From the NCBI GenBank assembly GCA_050290185.1, contig JBNKHE010000001.1:194713-258712 (forward strand): DNA of 64,000 nt, read 5' to 3'. This DNA is from Pontiella sp. Its GTDB lineage: Bacteria; Verrucomicrobiota; Kiritimatiellia; Kiritimatiellales; Pontiellaceae. Each line of letters starts with the position of its first letter. The stretch's first letter is position 1. Shown one piece after another: positions 56,530-64,000 of the stretch. The notes under the pieces were generated by a model. It had not been told where the DNA came from, ran no database searches, and was given only the letters and a program-made list of their open reading frames with translations. Position numbers and translations under genes: made by a program.

Positions 56530-59433
56530 TTAATGGCCTTCGATCTTGAAGAATTCCTGGCTCGAAGAAGCTGGCACCGATACGGAGGTCGTCGTGCCGA
56601 CTCCCGTAATTCCATTCGTGACCTCCGTCCAGGTCGAAGCCTTCAGACTGGTCTTGTGCATAATCCTGTAGGAGATACCATACTCCGAATCCCACCTCAA
56701 GGAAGCCATGCCTCCGGAGATCACCATCGTCTGGATATCAGGAGAAACCCCAGGTCCATCGGCTCGCCTCACGAGCTGGTACGCACTGCTGTAGCTGGAC
56801 CCGAATTCGATCATGCCACTCGCATCGGGCGTGACCTCTGCGATAACCGCATAGTTCGTGCCCAGTACATAGTTGGTGGGATTTGCCACGAGCGCAGCCC
56901 GGTCCAGAGCGATCGTGGCATCCGGCATATTCGCGGTGCCGGCCGTAAGGCTGAATGTCTTCGTATCATCGCCGCGGTTCCACGTCCAATAGATGTAGAC
57001 ATCGTAGGCGGCATTGGTATCCAACCCGGTAAACCGTGTCCAACCGTTGTCATTGTCGCCAATGGTAGCTCCCCAGATCGTGTTGGAAAGCGCGGTGAAT
57101 TCGTCGTAGTACCCTGCCCACGACGCGGGGCCATCGTCCCAGGTGCTAACACCAACTTCAAAACCGACCGTGTTCGTGTTGGATTCGTTTGCGGCAGACA
57201 ACTGCACCAGCCCGGGAACCACCCATTTATTCCCTGTGGAAAAGTAGTTGTACCACGTACCGATTCCACCGGTAGTCGGAGCAACCAGCACAATTCCATC
57301 CGCTACCGATCCAGAGCCCTCAAACCCTGCCATATTGACGTTGTACAGCTCCAGGGCAGCGGCTGCAGGAGTCGCGAAATGATCGAACCAGTAGAACGAC
57401 CACTCGTTGGTGTGGGAGTACGTCAACCCGTCCGTCAAACCGTAACCACTCGTAATCATCATGACCGTTTGCAGCCCGTTGGAAAGCGCGGTTGCGCCGT
57501 AGCTGACCGTGTTGGTGTCCGACAATCCGTACAGCGACGATTCGGAGGCTACAAGGTCGCCGTTCAGGTACAGCTCCATGGAATCGACTCCAGCGTCAAC
57601 ATTGTACATGGTACCGGAAATATCGACCACATCGTTGGTAAAACGCGATCCCTCCGCAGGAATCATCTCCCCTTCGGCATATGGGACAAAAAAGGAAACC
57701 GGCACGTCCGAGCGCTTCACAATCTGCATGCCGGACCATCCGCCGTCGCTGTTCTGGCTTCTAACCTGGATCACACCGTTCGAACTGGGAACAACGTCGG
57801 CGAAGACCGCATAGTTCTGGCCTTCCACGAGATTCGAATAGGAACCGGCATTGGCCTGCACCGGCGTAACCGTCGCGGATGGCAACGGCGCCATTCCCTC
57901 GGTAACCGTGAAGGTCGACATGCTCGTGGTCCACCCCCACGTGAAGTAGCAATAGATGTCGTAGGTGGCGTTCGTATCGAGCCCGCTGATGACCATGTTG
58001 CCGTCGAACCCGCCGGAACCGAGATAGCCATTGAACAACCCTGCGTAGCCAAATCCACCGTTGCTCCAGTCGTGTGCCGTACCGGACCACGTCAGGCTGA
58101 TCGTGTTCGTGCCGTACGCATTGTTGATCGTGAGCGGCGAAGCCGGAGTCCACGATTCCCAGCCATTCACGGTGGGCGCGACCAGATTGTTCCAACGGTC
58201 GCTGGAGGTGAGCGCTGGAGCCTTGACCACGGTCCCGTCGGGCACTGTCATGTTAGAGCCAGTGCGGCCGGCATAGTTGATATTGTACAGCTCAGATGCA
58301 TACAGAGCGGGTTCTGGAACGGTATCGATGAAAGTAAATGACCATACGTTGGTAAAATACTGGAGATCCGTTGTCGTCGTGACGACCATTCCGGTGTGCG
58401 TACCGGCGGCAATCGAAGAACCGTCGTAGGTTACAATGGCCGAGGCAGCCCCCGGAGCGACATTGGTGGTTGCAACAGAAGCGCCGTCGACATAGAGATC
58501 CAGAGTATCGATGGTCAGCCCAAAGGGATACATGGTAGCCGAGACGATGCGGTTGGTGGTCGAGTCCCCATCGGCAGGAACAACTGGACCCTCAGCAACC
58601 GGGAACTGCAAAACGAAACCAGCCGGAACCAGCGTTTCGTCGGAAATGGCCACCGCATCGATCTTGCCACTGTATCCGTCGCTTTTGCTACCCTGCCACA
58701 TGCCCCGGCAAACGGACCAGTCGCCTCCGTTCCAGGTGTGTGCCTGATCAGCACCCGTACCCGTGCCGGAATCGAGTTCCAACCCGGCATTCGACATGGT
58801 ATTCGACGCAATCAATTGGCCATCAAGGTAGAGTAAAAGATTACTATCATCCGCCGTTGCCGCGAGATGATGCCACTGGTCTGCGTTGATTTCCACCGCA
58901 TCCGGTCCGGTCACTTCCGTCTGCACGCCCGACACGTCTCTCCATAGAACCTGCGGACGGCCCTGGTCGTTCAGGAGCAAGCGAAAGGAAGGCGCGTCTG
59001 CCACGTTTCCTGCGCGACATACCAAAACGTCCCACTGATGGGATTCCACCGTGAACACCGACTCGACCGTGAGGGTGACCGGTGTGATGGTACGGATATC
59101 GACGCCCGAGGGCACCGTGTTGCTCACCGTACGCAGATCTTCCCAATCCCACGAGCCTACTCCGACTCCCAGGATGCTCCAGTCGCCGAAATAGCTGTTT
59201 GTGTTCGACCATATTTCCTTCCCAGCACTCCCGTCGGTCCACAGGCTCAGATCGTTTCCGTTTCCGGATTTATCGGTTGCGGACACCACGAAGGCATCAT
59301 TTGTCGTATAAGGAAGGCTTACCCCATTCGCCGCAAAGATATCGTCGAAATCCCACAGCGCTATCGTCGACGCCATGGCACTGCTGCCGATGGCAAGCAA
59401 CCCCAGTAATAACCACTTTAGTTTCATTTTCAT
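56530..59433 (-). CDS. Secreted LamG/ConA-like domain protein with duplicated internal modules
   Basis: GAGGAG RBS, signal peptide, WHHLAAT...LYLDG...G.IDAVAIS, two similar Ig-like+beta modules, C-terminal module. Confidence 0.8.
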   Translation of the reverse strand: MKMKLKWLLLGLLAIGSSAMASTIALWDFDDIFAANGVSLPYTTNDAFVVSATDKSGNGNDLSLWTDGSAGKEIWSNTNSYFGDWSILGVGVGSWDWEDLRTVSNTVPSGVDIRTITPVTLTVESVFTVESHQWDVLVCRAGNVADAPSFRLLLNDQGRPQVLWRDVSGVQTEVTGPDAVEINADQWHHLAATADDSNLLLYLDGQLIASNTMSNAGLELDSGTGTGADQAHTWNGGDWSVCRGMWQGSKSDGYSGKIDAVAISDETLVPAGFVLQFPVAEGPVVPADGDSTTNRIVSATMYPFGLTIDTLDLYVDGASVATTNVAPGAASAIVTYDGSSIAAGTHTGMVVTTTTDLQYFTNVWSFTFIDTVPEPALYASELYNINYAGRTGSNMTVPDGTVVKAPALTSSDRWNNLVAPTVNGWESWTPASPLTINNAYGTNTISLTWSGTAHDWSNGGFGYAGLFNGYLGSGGFDGNMVISGLDTNATYDIYCYFTWGWTTSMSTFTVTEGMAPLPSATVTPVQANAGSYSNLVEGQNYAVFADVVPSSNGVIQVRSQNSDGGWSGMQIVKRSDVPVSFFVPYAEGEMIPAEGSRFTNDVVDISGTMYNVDAGVDSMELYLNGDLVASESSLYGLSDTNTVSYGATALSNGLQTVMMITSGYGLTDGLTYSHTNEWSFYWFDHFATPAAAALELYNVNMAGFEGSGSVADGIVLVAPTTGGIGTWYNYFSTGNKWVVPGLVQLSAANESNTNTVGFEVGVSTWDDGPASWAGYYDEFTALSNTIWGATIGDNDNGWTRFTGLDTNAAYDVYIYWTWNRGDDTKTFSLTAGTANMPDATIALDRAALVANPTNYVLGTNYAVIAEVTPDASGMIEFGSSYSSAYQLVRRADGPGVSPDIQTMVISGGMASLRWDSEYGISYRIMHKTSLKASTWTEVTNGITGVGTTTSVSVPASSSQEFFKIEGH

Positions 59434-60069
59434 CTCCTCTAGCCATTCATCGTTGATCGGCATGGGTACGCACCCAAGGACACCGTTCCCAACGACAATC
59501 CTCCAATACGGAACCAGCCTTAGCCTTCTCGCATTTGTACCCATATTAATCATATTGATCCCTCTCGCAATCAGCACTATTGAATGGCCAATATACGATT
59601 ATGAAACTACCTTTGCGGCCTAACTGAATAAGGGATAGTGCTTTACTCGCATGCACATAATTCTGAAGAAGCGGACGCGCCAACCAGACGACCTGGTTTC
59701 GAATGCATATTGAAAAAGTGTAGCGTCTGCCACGCCTTCGCATTCCGCGATCTCTTTGGCAACCTTATCGTCAAGGCAAGGGCGAAATTCGATACAGTCC
59801 TGCGGCATGTAGCGGAATCGGCTGACTGAATTCTCTCTCAAAAGCACCGACATTCATTTGTGCCCACAGGTCGCGAACCGAGGCCTTGCCCCAGATTCCC
59901 AGATCCTTGTAATCGCCGGCGACCCTGCTGCGTTCCGGCTTCAGGTGTTTTTTGGGCGATTATCGACCGTACGGTTCTTTCTCACCGGATGAGGCCAGTT
60001 CCCGGTCGAGGTCTGTCAGCTTCAGTATTCCTGCCGGGCCGGAAACCGTCGGATCGATCCAGACTGCGC

Positions 60070-60280
60070 GGTCGTAGTATGTGCCCCGTTACCGCCATCC
60101 CCAGACGGCGGGTATTTTTTATGAGCACGTTGATATCAATCACATCCAACTTCGGTTCGCCGTCGATCCGACGGCTCTGGTAATCGGGATGCGACAAGTT
60201 GAATGGGTCGGCGTTGCTCTGCGCATTGAACAGCGCCACATATTTATCGTTGCTTCCAGGCACATCGACGATGTTTACGC
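60070..60280 (-). pseudogene. Probable remnant of a GH27 alpha-galactosidase C-terminal region (boundaries approximate)
   Basis: VDVPGSNDKYVALFN resembles the GH27 C-terminal beta-domain; no catalytic domain upstream. Confidence 0.45.
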
Positions 60281-60375
60281 CCACAAGAGAAACTTCGACT
60301 CCACATGGGAGGAAACCGCGACCGGCATCGCCGACAAAATATACCGCCGCGGAATCATATCGTGCACCTTTTCAT

Positions 60376-61743
60376 TTACTTCTTCTTGAACTTCCACCAG
60401 TTGACATTGAACAGATCGCCGTCGCCGACAAACTTTAGATAGAGGTCGTGCACACCCGATGCACCCTTGATTTCGCACGAGGTGTTTTCCCATTTCTGTT
60501 CGCCGCCAGTCCGGGGTACGCGGCAGGTGCCGATCAGCTTGCCGTCCTCGCTGTCCAGACGAAGCTCGATCTTCCCGCCGCTGGTGGTCGAAGCCACCCG
60601 TGTGCCGAACATGGAAGCGCCGGCGCCGAAGTCAACGCCCTGTACCTTGATGTAGTCGCCGTCGTCGAGATCGCAGATGTTCATGCCGCCCTCTTCGCAC
60701 GGCTCCGTTTCAACACCGCCGGTCCAGCAGATGGTTTCGGCCTCGACCTGATCGTAAGGATCGAGATGGCCCACCTGCGCGGGACCTTCCTTGGTCGGTT
60801 CCACTTTCTTGACCGATCCGTCGGACTTGAACTCCATCTCATCGACGCAAACCGAACGCTTGAATCCGCCGCCTCCGGGCAGGTCTGCATTGTGGTAGAA
60901 CAGATAGGTCTTGCCCTTAAAATCGACCACGCCGGGATGGATGGTGAAAGCACTCTGGGGATCCATCACAACGCCGCCATATTTCCACGGACCTTCGGGC
61001 TTCTTGCTGGTGGAATAGCCGAGATGTTCCCCGATGGGTCCGCCGGCGAAGAAGAGGTAGTAGAGATTCTGGCGCTTGTAGAGCCACGGGCCCTCTTCAT
61101 AGGTCGTGGCGCGTTTTTCGTCTTCCTTGCTGCGTTTTCCGAATTCCTCGACGGTCATGTCCAGCACCACAAGGCCGTAGTCGCCGATGCTGGGATCAAT
61201 GGAGATCATGTCCTTGTTCAACTTCACATAACAGCAATTGGGATTGCCCCAGTACATATAGGCCTGCCCGTCGTCGTCGATGAACACGGTCGGATCGATA
61301 TTGTCACCGCCGATCAGCGGTTTCCCGATGGGATCGGTAAAGGGTCCGAACGGATTATCCGCCACCAGCACGCCGATCCCCCGCCCCTGCAACGGGCAAT
61401 ACAGGTACCACTTACCATCGCGTTCAATGCATTGGACCGCCCAAGCACCGTTTTCGAAACCGCCGCCCCAGCCGGAACCCGCCCATTTGAAATCATGTAG
61501 CGAAGCCACCCTCCCGTGATCGGTCCAGTTGACCATGTCGGTGGAGGAATAACAGAGCCAGTCCCGCATCGTAAAAAACCCATTCTCCGTCACATCTTCA
61601 TCGTGGCTGGTGTACACGTAGCAAACGCCGTCTTTTACGAATGGTGCCGGATCGGCGGTGTACAGGGTCTGGATAAACGGGTTGTCCGCAAAACAGCTTA
61701 CTGTGGAAAGGCCCACTAGAATGCTTACGATTGTTTTTTTCAT
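60376..61743 (-). CDS. Secreted GH43 glycoside hydrolase with C-terminal CBM6
   Basis: YTADPAP, AWA, IDPTVFIDDDG, EEGPW; VEAET...VDFG.G..F..RVAS...HDLYLKF...NWWKF. Confidence 0.92.
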   Translation of the reverse strand: MKKTIVSILVGLSTVSCFADNPFIQTLYTADPAPFVKDGVCYVYTSHDEDVTENGFFTMRDWLCYSSTDMVNWTDHGRVASLHDFKWAGSGWGGGFENGAWAVQCIERDGKWYLYCPLQGRGIGVLVADNPFGPFTDPIGKPLIGGDNIDPTVFIDDDGQAYMYWGNPNCCYVKLNKDMISIDPSIGDYGLVVLDMTVEEFGKRSKEDEKRATTYEEGPWLYKRQNLYYLFFAGGPIGEHLGYSTSKKPEGPWKYGGVVMDPQSAFTIHPGVVDFKGKTYLFYHNADLPGGGGFKRSVCVDEMEFKSDGSVKKVEPTKEGPAQVGHLDPYDQVEAETICWTGGVETEPCEEGGMNICDLDDGDYIKVQGVDFGAGASMFGTRVASTTSGGKIELRLDSEDGKLIGTCRVPRTGGEQKWENTSCEIKGASGVHDLYLKFVGDGDLFNVNWWKFKKK

Positions 61744-61770
61744 TTTTATATCTCCTGGTTTCAATCCAGA

Positions 61771-64000
61771 TTATTTTTTGAATGTCCAGTCATACACGTT
61801 GAGCAGGTATCCCGGGCCACCCGTAAACTTGAAGTAGACGTCGTGCCGTCCCTTCACGCCTTTCAGCTTGCAGGTTTCCGTTTTCCACGATTGCCAGCCA
61901 CCGGTGTTCTTCACTTCGCAGGAGCCAACGGCCGGGGTGTCGACGCGGTCGAGATAGATTTCAACCGTTCCTCCGTCGGTTGCAGAGGCAACGCGCAGTT
62001 CCACTGTCTTAGCGCCGGAACCGAAATCAACCGCCTTGAAGCAGACCCAGTCCCCGTTTTCGATATTGCAGATGTTGCTGCCTTCCTCGGAGCTGTTTTC
62101 GGTCAGAACGCCCGACTGGGTGTCAAACTCATCGGCCCTGTTTCGTGCAAAAGGATTGCGATAGGATGCTGACACCTTGATCGAAGCAGATACCGGCGAT
62201 CCTAGTTTGCCTTTAAATTCCACCTGCACCGTGGCACTGCCTTTTTCCAGAGCGGTAACCGCACCATTTTCGACCGAGACTGTTTTAGAGTCGGCCGCGG
62301 TATAGGTTGCCTGCTTCGTGACATCCTCGGTGTGCCCGTCAACATATTCCGCCGTCACGCTGACGGTCTGTTTATTCCCCACGATGAGCTCCAGTTTCGG
62401 AGCGCTGACGATCAGTTTTCTCGGCGTCAACTCGGCCTTTAAATCCTTCACGACCAGGCAAAGCTCATCCGACTTTCCGTCAAACTGAGCTGTGAGTATC
62501 GTTTCGCCGGCACTTGCGCCGGAGACCATGCCCTCGCCTACGGTTGCTACGGAGGGCTTCTCCACGGCAATCTTCGCCTGACTGGACACATCCTTGCTCG
62601 TGCCGTCGGAATAGATCGCGGCGACGGTGAGCGGAACGCGGTTGGCCGCGCCGGAAGCGGAGTCAATCTTGTAGCGCTCCACCGCGGCATTGATGGCGAC
62701 CAGTTCCGGCTCGGCAGTCTTTTTCGCAAACTGCCACCAGTCGAACTTGCACAGGTTGACCGAATCGCCCTTGAAGACAAGGAAGAGATCGTGTTTGCCG
62801 GACGCGCCCTTGATCGCAATCGTTTCGTTCTTCCATTCGCCAGCCGTGTAGGAAACCGGAACCGCGCCGATGAGCGGGCCGTCCACCCCGTCGAGATGGA
62901 GTTCGATGGATGCGCCCTCAAAGAGCCCGACTTCCGTATCGCAGGCGACGGAGGCCGTGAACGTACCGGCACCCTCGGTGCCGAAGTCGCCCCCCTGCAC
63001 CTTGATGTAGGCACCGTCTTTTGTCGGATAGACATTCATTCCACCCGCATTGCAGGACTCGGACTTTATGCCTTCGCTCCAACAGATGGTTTCCGCCTCG
63101 GTGCGGACGTAGGGATTGAGCGGTTCAATCTGATCGACGGGATCAGCTTCCTCCCACCAGGGAAGTTCATTGATCGTACCGTCCGGATTAAACTTCAGCT
63201 CAGCAACACAGACCGAACGGCGTTCGTGGTGCTGATCCGTAATCAGGAAGTTCAGCTTGAAGTTGAACCCGAACACATAGGTCTTACCCTTGAAATCGAT
63301 AATCCCCGGATGGTTTCCGGAAGAGCGGCCGTCCGGGCGCATAATATATCCGCCGAACTCCCATGGACCTTCCTGACTGTCGCTCATGGCATACCCCATC
63401 CCTTCCGGGCAGCAAGTCGAGGCGTAGGCCATGTAGTAATGGCCGTCCCGCTTGTAGGCCCAGGGACCTTCTTGATAATGATACGGATCCGACTGACCCT
63501 GCACTTTGGCAATGCCGGGATCTTTTATAATCTCCCCGGAATAGGAAATCATGTCATCGTTCAGTTTGACATACCACAGGTTGGGGTTACCCCAATAAAG
63601 ATAGGCCTGCCCATCATCGTCAATGAAAGGAGAAGGATCAATGAATCCGCCTTCCGGCCCGACGAGCGGCTTTCCAATAGCATCCTTGTACGGACCAAGC
63701 GGACTGTCAGCCACCGCGACGCCAATCACATTTTTCGGCCATCCCGGAACGCTCACCGGCGCGTAAAAATAAAACTTCCCATTCCGTTCAATCGCCTGCG
63801 GCGCCCAGGCATCGTTCTCCTGAACCGCCCATGGGAAGGTCTTTAACGACGCAATCGTTCCGTGATCCGTCCAGTTGACCATGTCCGTAGAGGTATAGCA
63901 CTGCCAGTCCTTCATCAGGAAGCGCCCCATCCCGGGACCCGCATCGTCCTCATCGTGACTGGTATAAAGATACACGACACCGTCATGAACGAACGGAGCA
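61771..64000 (-). CDS. GH43 hydrolase with CBM6, two Ig-like (Big_2) domains and a second CBM6 (5'-partial)
   Basis: Frame is open to the window end (APFVHDGVVYLYTSHDED). AWAP, IDPSPFIDDDG, QEGPW, two CBM6 units. Confidence 0.9.
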   Translation of the reverse strand, partial: APFVHDGVVYLYTSHDEDDAGPGMGRFLMKDWQCYTSTDMVNWTDHGTIASLKTFPWAVQENDAWAPQAIERNGKFYFYAPVSVPGWPKNVIGVAVADSPLGPYKDAIGKPLVGPEGGFIDPSPFIDDDGQAYLYWGNPNLWYVKLNDDMISYSGEIIKDPGIAKVQGQSDPYHYQEGPWAYKRDGHYYMAYASTCCPEGMGYAMSDSQEGPWEFGGYIMRPDGRSSGNHPGIIDFKGKTYVFGFNFKLNFLITDQHHERRSVCVAELKFNPDGTINELPWWEEADPVDQIEPLNPYVRTEAETICWSEGIKSESCNAGGMNVYPTKDGAYIKVQGGDFGTEGAGTFTASVACDTEVGLFEGASIELHLDGVDGPLIGAVPVSYTAGEWKNETIAIKGASGKHDLFLVFKGDSVNLCKFDWWQFAKKTAEPELVAINAAVERYKIDSASGAANRVPLTVAAIYSDGTSKDVSSQAKIAVEKPSVATVGEGMVSGASAGETILTAQFDGKSDELCLVVKDLKAELTPRKLIVSAPKLELIVGNKQTVSVTAEYVDGHTEDVTKQATYTAADSKTVSVENGAVTALEKGSATVQVEFKGKLGSPVSASIKVSASYRNPFARNRADEFDTQSGVLTENSSEEGSNICNIENGDWVCFKAVDFGSGAKTVELRVASATDGGTVEIYLDRVDTPAVGSCEVKNTGGWQSWKTETCKLKGVKGRHDVYFKFTGGPGYLLNVYDWTFKK

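Noticed and set aside
56485..58341. 618-aa plus-strand ORF and similar long antisense ORFs (25299-26429, 40775-41908, 60448-61500, 62791-63846)
   Set aside because: They are shadows of well-supported genes on the opposite strand and have no motifs; expected from GC-rich codon bias.

Overview
Chromosomal window from a moderately GC-rich bacterium; gene content and protein style suggest Kiritimatiellota (Pontiella-like) or a related PVC lineage, which is inference only. The left third is mostly housekeeping: M16C peptidase, TPR-exbB-exbD-exbD, cation/H+ antiporter, the yceD-rpmF-plsX-fabH-fabD-fabG-acpP-fabF operon, a ZIP transporter, a DEAD-box helicase and tRNA-Gly(CCC). A large LTD/CotH protein and a cysteine desulfurase-thiI pair follow. 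Two accessory systems stand out. (1) 31.2-43.3 kb: a putative organoarsenical (arsenosugar-like) biosynthesis and redox locus (ECF sigma/ZAS anti-sigma, ArsM, a non-canonical ArsS-like radical SAM enzyme, DUF547, a peroxiredoxin-like protein, DedA/TVP38, a disulfide reductase, two fused glycosyltransferases, MsrAB, and a 56-aa Cys/Met-rich lipoprotein missing from the ORF track). Five equally spaced ECF-type promoter motifs can be read here, one inside the sigma gene itself. (2) 44-54.5 kb: a FadL/PorV-like barrel, an ECF sigma/anti-sigma pair, a TPR-CsgG-like lipoprotein, a caspase-CsgG-like lipoprotein and an atypical NarL-type regulator, linked by about 8 copies of a 19-bp TGTRGGGA-N3-TCCCCACA-like palindrome. 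The right end has a LamG-like secreted protein, a GH27-like remnant and two GH43-CBM6 genes. No CRISPR array, rRNA, integrase or intact transposase was seen. All family assignments come from motif recognition, not database searches.
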